Part shown: positions 24,763-36,752 of the stretch, piece by piece
How positions within the stretch are numbered: position 1 is the stretch's first letter
How the letters are laid out: each line of letters opens with the position of its first letter
Origin: Dicyema japonicum
Taxonomy: Eukaryota; Animalia; Dicyemida
Direction of reading: 5' to 3'
Assembly (NCBI GenBank): GCA_011109175.1
Contig: RDEW01000015.1
Coordinates: forward strand, 142,310 to 206,309
Length of the DNA stretch: 64,000 bases
Notes under the pieces: generated by a model
Told to the model about the DNA's origin: nothing
The model's input: the letters and a program-made list of their open reading frames with translations, nothing else
The model's database searches: none
Made by a program: the position numbers and the translations under genes

Positions 24763-26244
24763 TTACGAATAATAGAACAATTCATCGTACAAAGTATCTT
24801 CAATACTCTCGCATAATTGTAATAAATTAGAAATATCATCACTAATTCCAAGTGATAGCCCTGTTTGTATAAACTCACATCTTTTATCACATTTGATATC
24901 ACTCTCAGCAGATAGTGGCTGTTTAAAACGAAATGGGGGAATAATCTTCACACTTTCACTATTTTCATATTTACAACGGCCAAGTGGAAGTTTATAACGA
25001 CATCCTCTTTTTCTTTGAAATGTAAACTCAGAGTCAACGGAATCCTTTGGTGGAAGAGGACGGACTTCTCTAAACACAGTTTTGGTGACAATCCGTGGAG
25101 GTAGCATACCACCACCAATAATGTCATCATCGCATTCTTCAAATGAGCGTCTCTTAGGGGAATGAGATAATGGACTATGAAATAGTTGTGAGGGTATTAT
25201 TTTAGTAGACATTTTATCATAATTGTATAGAATATGGTCGTAGTCATTAGCACGGAACCTAACAATAATAATAATATAAACATTTCCCATGTTGTTTCTA
25301 TTATATTGGATATCATTTGTAATTTCAAATTTTCCCTGTTTTTAAGTAAATGCATTAATCTCCTAATAATAAGTAATAATATTAACAATGCTTTCTCGAA
25401 CTCTCTTCTAAGTCTAAACATTTTCTGATAGTACAACTCATCATTCTTCCTATTCTGGAAATGACATAATTTATCACCTTTCGAGTCTGCATTTTCTCTA
25501 CCCGTTTACGAAAACAAACATAAGGATTATTAGAGACAGTCGTATCCTTCTCTGATGCTATTTGTAATAATAGTGATCGTCCCTAATATATTAGAACAAG
25601 AACAACCATTCGATCTCGTTTGGAAATCCAGTAATAGTAAACACCCTGGACAACCTCTCTTGGCATTTTAAGGACCATCATAGATGCATCAATGGATATT
25701 GCCTATAATAATAATATATGAATACATTAATGTGACTAGAGTTTTCTTCTAATTTTGTAATAATATATTCAAAGTCAAGACGAGTTATGTCCGGAAAACG
25801 CTTTACTTTATCAATGAAGAAAGCCTCATCCTCGACATCCATGTCATATGAGGGAAACTCAGCCTCTTCAGGAATCACTTAAAATAAAGACAAGTTAGTA
25901 CACTGCAAGTTGACCAGCGATTGGGGGAGGCGAAATTGAGGAGGGTACAACTCAGTGTAAGCCACTCCAATATCGATGATCTGGGGGATGGGGATCTGGA
26001 GAGCTTTGGCCGAGCCGTACTGCTGCTGTGCAGTGAGAGCTCGTTGAAGGTGATGCTCCTTTTTAGCACAAGTAATAAGGATAGATCCTACAGTTTCTTC
26101 CTCCTTCTCCATTCCAGTTGGGAGAGAGGGGGCACTGGAATTGAGTTGGAGAAGTTCCTCCTCGAGGGGCTCCTCATCGCGGCGATATATGCAGACCGTC
26201 CTGTTTCCGTCCAAATTTCGAGTTCTGAACGTAGGGGTACTCAT
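24763..26244 (-). CDS. EPC1: Enhancer of Polycomb homolog (further 3' exons toward ~23700 unresolved)
   Basis: MSTPTFRTRNLD, LPTGMEKEEET/EHHLQRAL, PSYDMDVEDEAF, NPYVCFRKRVEKMQTRK, FTFQRKRGCRY. Confidence 0.88.
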
Positions 26245-27172
26245 ATGACATTATACTAAAATATGGGGGTAAAAATCGATAAACAAAAATATGGACAAAA
26301 ATGAAATGGATAGCAATGCGATTTCGATTGATAAATTTAATATTAATTATATTATACACTTTTATAAATAATAAAACGGACAATGTGCAAACAAGGAAGT
26401 CTCACTAGAAATATTAGCATGTTTTATCGATTACGATTCGCGTCCGAAATTATTAATATAATTGACTATTTCGGTTATTTTTTTAGTTTATTTTAATTTA
26501 TTTTTAATATAAAAACATATTTTTTATGTCTCAATTTAAATTTCTATTTTTTCATTTATTTATAACTTATATTGCCTTTCAAATAATAAGAAAGTTGAGT
26601 GAAATTTTACAGTGGCGAACCTAAAGATGGTTGTTATTATTATTTAAATTTAAATTTTTAATTACATCATATTAATTATTATTTAAATTATTTAATTATG
26701 CAAACTGTAAAGATTGTGATATTTGATATAATTTTTATTTTTATCGAATTGAGATAAAATTCATTCACTGTTGTTTTAGTCATTTATTTTAGTTAGCGGC
26801 ATTATTATTGTATAAAACAGCCGCCCAATTTGTGGTTTGATCGAATAGACTTGGTTATTTGAATTTCTTGAACATTGTTGCCCTATTAATATTAACTGGC
26901 ATATTTGATGGTAATTTTATTGATTTTTGTATTTTAATTTGTTAGATTTCTATGTTTTTTTTATTTTCCCATAAATTGCCCAATAAATCATTTCTATTCA
27001 AATTTTACCGAATTAATGTCATTACATGTTTAAAATCGGTCGAATAGACATTTTAAATGTTTACTGTCATTATTACAATTGAACTCATAGAAAATATCAT
27101 AGTTTAAGTATATGTGGTCCTATCATTTGTCATAAGGAATTAATAGGCTTAAATAATTGAATGAGTAATTAC

Positions 27173-27333
27173 TTTGATACGTCAGGAATCCTTGGTCCAC
27201 AAGCTTACACCTATTCCGTTGGATCGGCTTAATGATCCAAAGGGTCATCAAGGATCAACGTGAGACTGGATGTCTTCGAAGCGTCTATAGCTATCGTTAG
27301 AGGAAACATGATGGTCATCCAAGCTCCCTAACC
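27173..27333 (+). mobile_element. CRE-clade 3' end relic
   Basis: DTSGILGPQA...SIAIVRGNMMVI matches the CRE C-terminal motif at ~2970-3120. Confidence 0.55.
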
Positions 27334-27799
27334 TTTAACAATATTGGATTAATAATTTGTGTGGGGAATTAACTAAGAATATTAATGTTTCCCTCAATCC
27401 CACGAGAACAATGTTGTCATTGTATATTTCTAGGTATTCCTTAAATTAATTAAAAATCAAAATGAAATCACTTGTAATCATTTACTTGTCAAGAATTCAT
27501 TGAGTGTCATTAAATTATACAACATAGATTGGAGAAATTGCTATGAAATATGCTAAATGTAATACAAAATTACTTCGAACATGGAATAAAGGAAACACTT
27601 TAAGGAAAACTGGTTTTAAGTTAAGGGAAGGTAATTACGAAACAGTTGACAACCGAATTGTACTGGAAAAATCTCCTCAGGAAATTGCTCAACGTCAGGG
27701 TTATTTTTTTGAAACACTGAATAAGATTCTAGACAGTTCCGTCAACCTTACACATTTTTCCATATAATCGTAGAGGAATAATTTGTCCTATACGCAAGC

Positions 27800-28480
27800 T
27801 TTGTAGCAAAATTTCTCGTTTTCTCAAATTTCTTGAGAATTTAACTCCTCTTTTTTGAGTCGTACCATCCGTCATTCCACAAAGATTCAGTTGAAAATAT
27901 AAAAGAAGGTTTCTGATTCGAACTATAATTTTCTCAGAAAAGAGCCCTCGTAGGTTATTTCTTGTGTTATCGCATATTCCATAAATTACCTATCGTTGAT
28001 ATTGAGGTATTTCATAGTCTTTTTCAGAGATATGTCTTGTGACAGCTCTATAGGACCTCCTGCTTACAGTTATCATTAACTACCAGACTTTTCATATGCA
28101 ATCAAAAGAAAGTTTCCATTCACCAATAGTCAATCTGATCCAAATAGATTTTCAACAAGACTTTAAATTATAACGTCGTCAGCGTAAATCATATTTTTGT
28201 ACCCTGGTTTTCTGGAGAAGGCATTTCATTCATTACAGTGTTGAATAATAGAGGAGCCTTTAACACATAGTTGGGAATATTCAGAATCGACCGTTTGTCA
28301 CAGAGGAAACTTTGTATCTAAAAATAAAGTTCTTTCTCGATGCCTTGCATTACCCAAACTGTCGAAAGCTTTGGATATTTCCAGGCTGTTAGGAGTCACA
28401 CGTCCTTTTGTTTCCAATGTCTTCATAAATGTGATTTTTGAGAAAACCCAACTGCTGTTCTTTTTTATATCGTCACGTTG
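27800..28480 (-). mobile_element. Jockey-like RT relic
   Basis: Degenerate similarity to 51900-52200 (ISKAFDS-like, PLLFNTVMNEMP, YADD-like). Confidence 0.5.
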
Positions 28481-28536
28481 ATGTGTTCAGGGAGTCTATT
28501 AAACACGATTCATAATTCAGGAGATTGTTAGTATTG

Positions 28537-29130
28537 CCGCGTGGCGCCATCTGGTGCTTCGTGGCTAATTGATTGAAGTCTCAGTTTTGTTCGTTTCTCC
28601 TCTTTTTTCCTAATAGAATGGCGTCATATGATCCACCTGTCAAGGTGGCGACCAGTGCCAGGCCGGCACGAAAAAGGATCATTTGCTCTCCCCCACTCCA
28701 CTGGAGGGATTTCCACAACTGCAAGTATGGACGTCTTTTACCTTTATGTTAGTATAAGGCTTATGGGCCTGGTTACCAAGTATCCAGGTTTCCCTTATTT
28801 ATGTATCATCAAGAATTCCGTTAATTTACAATAAGAAGCCATATGACCAACTGTTACCGGGGTGAGGTTGAGTTTATACAACATCGGTAGATGATCGCTA
28901 CAGATATTATAAAGCGTAATCGGTTGTTGAAGAATTAAAGAACGGATACAGAGACCAGTGCCATTCCAATAATCCCAGCCACTGATGGGATAGTGATTTG
29001 GGGTCAAAAACATCGCAACAGAAAATCCAGAAGACACAGATATACTCTTTAAAATAATGCCGTCTCTAATTATTGAGAATGACACATTCTTGTCACAAAA
29101 AAAATCTTGATGAGGCACAGATATGAACAT
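28537..29130 (+). mobile_element. Ingi/Vingi-like LINE 5' fragment (leader, degenerate 2A, APE start)
   Basis: ~200 bp shared with 44369-44580 and partly 59645-59760; followed by LMGLVTKYPGFPYLCIIKNSVNL, a decayed 2A/APE junction. Confidence 0.65.
28619..28682 (+). ncRNA. Candidate HDV-like ribozyme fold in LINE 5' leader
   Basis: P2 atgatcc/ggatcat, P3 acc/ggt, P1 ggcgtc/ggcg(a)cc, P4 tgcc/ggca and J4/2 CGAAAAA in HDV order. Confidence 0.55.
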
Positions 29131-29240
29131 AAATTTTTATAATTTTTTTCTGATTTTCATCAACGTTTTTTCAACTATAAAACACATAATTCTTGAGATA
29201 TGATTAGGTACATCTGTGTAAAACAAAAATATAAACGTTA

Positions 29241-29410
29241 GCATCCGCATTGGGCTCCCTTTTATGTCGTGAGTGCAATATCGAATTTGCTGGCTATTTG
29301 AGCGAATCTAGCTCGCAATCCTGAGCATCCGCATTGGGCTCCCTTTTATGTCGTGAGTGCAATATCGAATTTGCTGGCTATTTGAGCGAATCTAGCTCGC
29401 AATCCTGAGC
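29241..29410. repeat. Perfect 84 bp tandem duplication
   Basis: gcatccgcattggg...gcaatcctga at 29241-29324 and 29325-29408. Confidence 0.95.
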
Positions 29411-29499
29411 GGGAATAGGGTGGCTACCGTATGATACTAGAACCCGGTAATTATATCCTTAATTTTTGAATTGTTTGGTTTGAATCAAGAAATTGTGGA

Positions 29500-30350
29500 T
29501 TGTTTTGAAAACTAAGTTATGTCTGTCAACAACCTTCGAAGTGTCCTATTGGAGTTAGGAATTGACATAAAACAATTATTAAGGATTACAAACGCTATGA
29601 ATATATTTTAGAGAATCTTTAATCCCAACTTTGATCCACACACTCCAAAGTAATTTAGGTCTTTCATGATTTTGACCCATATTTACGTAAACGTTCGTTT
29701 TCTTCATGTTCTTGAATATCCGAGAAATAGTAGATTTTTAACTATAGTCGTATCATTTTTTACTTTTACCAATGTGGTTAGATACCATTTCCAGTATTTG
29801 TTCAAATTAATAATAAATGTGTCATCAGCATATATAATCATTTTCGTATTTGAGTGATCCACTTTATGCATTTAAACTTTTGGACCCCTCTTTTCAATAG
29901 AATTTTCTTCGATAATTTCCAACATGTACAAACGAGTCTGTAACGAAAAGGAACTCTTTCACAAAAGAGCCGTAATATTAGTATTCGATAAAGTAAAATA
30001 TTATCATGGCAAACTCTAAAACTTTTTAAATATTGAGAAATGTAAGGTAATCCTTTTTATTTTGAGTAATATGAATAATCTTAGTTCTTCCTCTGTTATG
30101 CACATTAATTATTTCTCTTAGAACAAATCTCTTAACAATATCACTGCTGGTGACAAATAATAAACGCATGGTGATGAATAATGAACATTTTAATGCTGCT
30201 GAGGCGCCAGTCACTTGTACTCTGAAAGTTATCTCGACTGATACCAAAGTAAATGGGATCATATCTACAAAACCAGTGAAACTATTTCCATTGCCATATG
30301 TCCTTGCATCTCTTCCGAGGGATCTCAGAGTTTCCTCAGGTATACAATAA
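29500..30350 (-). mobile_element. Jockey-like RT relic
   Basis: KMIIYADDT on the minus strand near 29825-29850, same motif as ~52160. Confidence 0.5.
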
Positions 30351-30719
30351 AAAGGACAGGTGTCAGTGAGTCAGTCTAATTAGACATTAATTAACTCTTT
30401 TTGGAATATGTTAACCTTTTCCTGTTATTATTATTAAAGCAACATAATATAACTCTTCCAGATCCTTCAAAACAAGGCCACTATACGTATTCGTTGACAA
30501 TGGACATTAATCTCCGAAATAGTCCCGAATAACGTTTATTATGTCACTGATTCTCCAGAAACGGTATAGTCTATTAAGCAATTCCTTCGCACCAAGAACC
30601 CTTGTCCAAGACATTAGTTACGGCTCTGATTTGTATGAAACCCTCCTCGTTCCTTCTGTCAAATTGTCAGTCCTGATAGGATGGTAGACGAGTCTTTTGA
30701 GTTTAATGAGTCTTATTTA

Positions 30720-30870
30720 TTTAGAACCCCTGGATCACCGAGAAAGAAAGACAAAAAAAACGTAAGATAGTTAGGTAATTCTAGTTCCCGCATCAAACGA
30801 GCCATCTAACGTCTTTGATCTCCCATTGTTCCACTACCGTGCAAAAGAACCTTCTCTTATCCCTATAGAT
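30720..30870 (-). mobile_element. Ingi/Vingi-like 3' end
   Basis: ggatcaccgagaaagaaagacaaaa...gttaggt matches the 22950 and 55525 ends. Confidence 0.8.
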
Positions 30871-31139
30871 GAATCCAATTAGGAAATGTCAAAAGTGATC
30901 ACAACTGAATGTGTAGGATTTCTAATAATAGTCTTATGTCTCCTATTAACGGTTTAGTCATTTTTATTACATTTTATGCTATCTGATTGAGATTCATTCT
31001 CATGAAATTTAAATAGTTCGGGATTATCAGAATTATTAGACATCTCATGTATTTTAAGGTTAATTTTTGAAGATAAATGTCCTCACCAATAAGTTCATGT
31101 AAAGTTTATGGGAGATACAATTCCAAGGTGTGACCTTAC

Positions 31140-32100
31140 ATGAAGTTAGTTGGTTATTAACACCGACCTTGCTACCTTGTAGAAGGCAGGCTGTCCTCAG
31201 GAGCTAGTGCAGGACGGTTCCACATGTCTCTGGTATTTACCGGAGGTCCCAGGCAGGAGAAAGCTTCTTTAAGAATCAATGATATCTTGTCCGGTTGAAG
31301 GAGCCAAGAGTCCGATTCGTCTTTTAGGAGGAAGTGTCCAGAGCGTAATTGTGGTAGGGTCCTCCTCATTTCTCTTTCTGGATAGTCTCCTAGTCATCCA
31401 CCAAAAAGGGAGGGCCATCCAGTATATTGTTCCAACCCAGACTTCTGATTACTTTAGATGTGGTCGTGGATTGTCTTTGACTTGGATATATCAGATGTGG
31501 CAGAGAAATCTTTACCAGTTCGCGTAACAGGTTCGCTTTGGTCGGAATTATCATACGGCAGTTCTTTGTGAGTCAGATATTGGCAAGGATGTTCTGGTTC
31601 CGTGATTTCATTTAAGAATTCGAGGTTCCTCATGCAAAGATAATCTTCCATTTGGAGGATGGCAGTTTCCTAGTAGAGGTGGTCAGACGGTGTGAATTTA
31701 TCGCATCCAATAATTGTTCAAAGAGCTCTATTTTGCACTTTGAAGTTTTTTGATGTTGCAGGCCGTGAGGGATGGGGGCTCATAGTTTAAGGTGGTCCTG
31801 TGTAGATTGTTCTGAGGGTTTCGTTGTCCTGGCTCAAGATGGATCCAGTCACCGCGCTTAGGGCGTACCTTTTCTTGTTTCCTTTTGTGACTACATGGTC
31901 CACGTGTGAGGAGAATGTGAGGCATTGGTCGTATATCACTCCTAGGATTTTCAGGGGTTTTTGAGATAGCGAGGACTTGTCCTAAGATTTTCAGCTCTTC
32001 GTATTTAGGTAGCATCGATCGGAGGTGAATAATGTGACACTAAACTTGAAGGGGAAAAGGAGAGGTGGTTGGTTAATAACCAGGAGTCTAGAGAATCCTA
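31140..32100 (-). mobile_element. Ingi/I-group LINE 3' fragment
   Basis: SVTLFTSDR, ELKILG, RRTLPQLRSGH..DMWNRP C-terminal motif. Confidence 0.6.
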
Positions 32101-34260
32101 ATTTGTTCCTCTTGACATGAGAGTTACGAGCAACTAGCGATGATGGGTATGAAAAAAGAGAAAAGTCCACAGGGTTCCGAATTCCAAGTCTTCCGAATCT
32201 CACTGGTAGAGTGGCTTGCTTCCATGAGTAATCCTCTAACCGGACGTTAAAGATACGTTCCGTTGTCGTATGGAAGATCATACAGGGTGAAATAGGGAGT
32301 AGTCCTCAGGACAAATGCAAGCCCCTGTACGTTGTTACAGTTTTTTCAGGAGGAATAATGCTGTATGCATGTCAAGTAGACACAAGCGGTTCATATTCTT
32401 TCCGAGTAACAGTCGTTTCACTCGTCACTCGGTTTGACGAGTGACGCCGTCATCAGTGGATACTCACTGCTAGAAAGGACCCACACACAAGAAAAAGAAG
32501 TGAAGATAATTCCTACGATTAGTTAAAATTAACTGTTCTTTACTTAAATAAAGTGTGTGTCCTGCCTATGCGGAGGTATATTATGGCTCTCGTGAAAATG
32601 CTGTTATTATTATTACTAGCAGTCGTTTTTTACGTATAGCTTTTCCCATTGCATTTATGGTGATCCGAGGAATATAAGTTTTTCATCGGGTGTGCAAATA
32701 TTTCCAGGCAGTAAATTTCAGAAACATGACAAAGCTTTTGAATACTTCTCTTCTGAAAGTCCGCAATTGTAGATTTCGCATTTAGTGTAATTTAATTCCA
32801 GTCCTGCTTTCAACAGTGCTGGAATTATCACTTCCAAATCCCAGAAAATAGTATCCGGGGGTCCTCCGAGGACCGCATCATCCAGATACCATATGTTGAG
32901 GGGCGAGCACGGAGGTTTGGTGATTTTCTCTATTGCAAGACAAAACAATAGGGTCCAAGGGATCTCCCTGCTGGACTCCAAAATAGGAATGGATTAGTAG
33001 TCCACGAAAAGTAAGGATGAAGTAGGCTGTAAGACTGATTCACAAATTCGAAAATATTAGGGCATCTCTCAACACACGCCTCCAGGATATTGTCTCTCCT
33101 TAGACTATTGAAGGCGTTCTTGATGTCCAGTTCTACCAGGACATGTCCCCGGGAATCTTCTATACTGCGGTTTATGAATGTCCTCACTGAATGGACAGCG
33201 GCCTCGCATCCCAAGCGAATACTGAAGCCTACTTGAGAGGGATTCAAAATTTTGTGACGAGTGGAATATAATGTCTGGAGCAATTTTAGCAGCCAGTCTT
33301 CTGAAGACAAACTCGACCGCAACTGATCGTACTCCGCTTCCCTTCTTATCAAATGCGGAGAACAGGACATGGCGGATAACTTCGGGAAGAACTCGAGACA
33401 TGATCCGATTCATAAGTGAAATAATTGAATTCGTAAGACGAATGTCATGGTCTCCAACGGACAAAGAGGTTAGATCCTTCAGGTAGCCAGGTCTCATTCC
33501 GTCGACCCGCTACTAGGGCAAAATTACGAATTGCGACGAGAACTTCATCGTTTGATGCAATCAGGGGACTCACTCCGAATTGGGGAACGACTTGACGTAG
33601 GTTTTGGGTGGCAGTGGATGTTTGTTCAGTAAAATATTGTAGGCGTCTGGAGTCTTTTTTCGTAGTCCAGTCCAAGGAAAGTGCCCTGATGGCTGCGCGG
33701 GTGCCACCTTCAATTACTTCGACCTGACAGTTCTCTTGAGACGGATCACTTCGACTTTCTCGTTGTGACCACGTGTCTCCCTCGCGCGTTAGAAGCCATG
33801 AGACAACTGGATGTGGATACCTCCCAAAAAAGAATGAATGTTGGTCCTAATGGTGTTAGGGTGCCTCCTCTCCGTGACCATCTCGATCAAGTTCCCAGTG
33901 CGGAAGGCGCAAACTGAATAAGCGCATCCAATCATTACTGCGTTAGTCCGGAGGACATCTTCGATCGTTTTGGAAAGGGCCTCCGCAGCGAGAGGTCGTA
34001 CGGCATTGGGAATCCTCACAGGGATAGTCTGTGAAAAACGTAATTCAGAGATGAGACGTAAAAATGTTTCAGGGTCCGTGGTTGATGAAAATTAACGGGA
34101 GAGTTAACATTGGCATGGGCACGGGGCCGAGGCATGACTGGCAGTGCCATACCCCAAGCACGCTCGCTGATGCTTGGGATAGCTTGATACACCCGAGGTG
34201 GAAGAAATCTCCACAAGCAAAGCAGGAGATCCCACGCTTTAAAAAAGCAATATATAGTGA
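32100..34260 (-). mobile_element. CRE-clade retrotransposon with N-terminal PHD finger, decayed, interrupted by a SINE
   Basis: CFACGDFFHLGC..WHCQSC; RIPNAVRPLAAEAL; VRSVAVEFVFRRLAAKI; QVGFSIRLGCEAAVHSVR; LDIKNAFNSL; NIWYLDD; WKQATLPVRFGRLGIR. Confidence 0.85.
32431..32619 (+). mobile_element. SINE-like element, copy 1
   Basis: Starts ggtttgacgagtgacgcc, ends ctctcgtgaaaa..(tta)n; TSD cagtcgttt (32410-18, 32620-28). Confidence 0.85.
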
Positions 34261-34563
34261 GTTTATCAGAAAGATGGGAAATCATTATAACTCATATGTC
34301 CCTATCGAATCATCATATAAACCATTTAAGCTCATCTTTAATGTATGCCATGATCCGAAATTGGCAATATTATGTTACTTTCCGGATTGACCGAAATGTT
34401 TCAAAATGGCCACTAAAGAAAGTACAAGTAACGCTTAAGAAAAACGTGTATTTAAACTTATATTCTATGATTTAAATATTAAATCAAATAATTTATCTTC
34501 TTTTTAACTTTATTTAACCAACAATAAAAAAGTTAATATATTTAATAATCAAAAAAAAGAAAG

Positions 34564-34780
34564 GGTTTGACGAGTGACGCCGTCATCAGTGGATACTCAC
34601 TGCGGAACTGGATTGTCTAGAAAGGACACTCACACAAGAAAAAGAAAAAAAAGAAGTGAAGATCATTCCTTGGTTCTACGATTAGTTAAAATTAACTGTT
34701 CTTTACTTAAATAAAGTGTGTGTCCTGCCTATGCGGAGCTATAAATACTATGGCTCTCGTGAAAAGGCTTTATTATTATT
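34564..34780 (+). mobile_element. SINE-like element, copy 2
   Basis: Same start and (tta)n tail; TSD ataatcaaaaa (34545-55, 34781-91). Confidence 0.88.
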
Positions 34781-35249
34781 ATAATCAAAAACCATCCTCG
34801 CTTGCCTGTTCGCCAGCCTCCTCAGGCAGGTTAGATTCTGGTTGCTGAAACAACTCCGAGAGCGCCTTGTCCAATTGAACCCTCTGCCCATATGGCATCT
34901 CAGGGTTCTGCCTCCTATACTCCAGTGTCAGGCTCTCTAGGGTCCGTTTTAACACAGTGGATTGTAGATAGGCCTGGAGCTTCCTATCTACCCCCCAACT
35001 GCTTCAGATAACCCTTGTGGTACTTTGTTGCAATTCCTTCCCACGTCATTACTATAGGAATAACAACCAAGCATCTGCCCTATCTCGTTTGTAAGAAAGT
35101 CATACTTTTTTTTTCTCCACCTCCACAGTCTGCAAACGGTCTTGAGACGTGATGCCAACCTCTATGATAAGGACTTGGCCAGACTCCTTATCGTGTACCA
35201 CAATGTCCGGTTTATTGTGCTTGACTAGCACCGAGGCCACCATCATCGA

Positions 35250-36545
35250 CATACTTAGCAAAATGTGATACCATTATTATGGAAACAGGCACTAATACGG
35301 CCAATACTAAAACCAGGACGACCGAGAGATGACCCAGCGTCTTTTAGACCGGTGACACTACTATGTTCTATGTCAAAAATCCTGGAGAGGCTTGTGCTTA
35401 TGAGAATAAAAGAATTTTTACCAGAGGCCTATTCAACATGGATTCAAAAATGAGAGATCCACGAATAAAGAATTTTTACCAGAGAGGCCTACATACAAAA
35501 ATTGACCGACTTCATTCGAGTCGGATTCACACCAAGCTGAGACACTTTAAAACAGTGTTCTGCTCGATTGACATACATAAAGCTTTTGACTCAGTCTCGA
35601 GGAATATTCTATCGAGAAAAATATTTCAATCGGAGATCCTAGGGAAGCTAACGCTTTTGATCACCAACTTCCTAAGTGGACGAAGAGGACGTGTTTGCCT
35701 CGGAGCTCTGAAATCAATCTCACGTCTCCTCTTTAACGGAGTCCCTCAAGGATCACCTTTATCCTCTGCTCTGTTTAACCTCTTTCTGGCCGATCTCTCT
35801 ACTCTTGAATCTGATAATGATGTTCTATTTTCCTATGCGGATGATATTGTGTTGGCTTCTCGAGATCAGGACATCCAGAAGGCCACAGAAAGAATACAAA
35901 TTAATCTTGACAGGCTTAATGCCTGGATAATGGAAAACCGGCTCATGGTGAATGCAGAGAAGTCGTCTACGTCACTATTTACTTCTGACAAAAGATTGGG
36001 AAGACAGTCACCTTGAAGTTAAACAAGGTCGGCATCCCTTTCAACAGATGTCAAAGGATCTTGGGTGTGACAAGTGATATGCATCTCTGTTTAACACCTC
36101 ACGTAGAAAACATTCTATTGAAATGCGAGAAGAAACTGAACGTATTGAAAAGTTTATCGGAAATATGAAAGAGTGGTACTCACATAGTCTTGATGAACTT
36201 GTACAAACAGTACATCGAGACATGTTTCTCATATGCATGCGCCTCACGGGGACCGTCCATATCTTGGACAAATATGAAGAAAATTGAAAAAATGCAAAAG
36301 AGATTACAGAGTAACGGAGAGTTGAATTTGTGAAGATCACCGAACCGGACCAACGCCTCTGGAGGCCCTTATGAGACTAGAGTCCAGATCACGGGAAGGT
36401 GGCCCTGAAAATTCAGGCAGCCGTCCTGTACGTTCATGCGCGGGCACGAAGGAGGAACATCGGGCAAAGATGAGGTCTCTGTTAGAATGCATCGGGATCA
36501 CGTGATAATTAGTTTGGTTTTACCGTGGTCTTGGGGTAAAAATAA
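35250..36545 (+). mobile_element. Ingi/Vingi-like LINE RT and 3' end
   Basis: PASFRPVTLLCSMSKILERL, DIHKAFDSV, GVPQGSPLS, FSYADD; 3' stem gggatcacg/cgtggtctt. Confidence 0.85.
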
Positions 36546-36752
36546 AATAAATCTCATTCGTTTGATCTTTGGAATAATTTTAATTTATCTCATTCGACAA
36601 GGATGTATCAGACTTAGAACTGGATGTTCATGACATGCCACACCTTTACAGATTAGGGATTCCGGAGGCTTTGGAGAAGAGACCTTTCCAGAAACCCACT
36701 TCTCCATAATTTTGAATTCCCTTTTTCTAATTAGCTTTTTTTTGTGAAGATA

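Noticed and set aside
29241-29324. U1/U4 snRNA or SL RNA (contains ATTGCAC on the minus strand)
   Set aside because: No 5' splice-site recognition sequence, Sm site or other snRNA helices
30026-30350. Host gene from ORFs 30026-30262 and 30150-30350
   Set aside because: Contiguous with a decayed RT (KMIIYADDT); no protein family recognised
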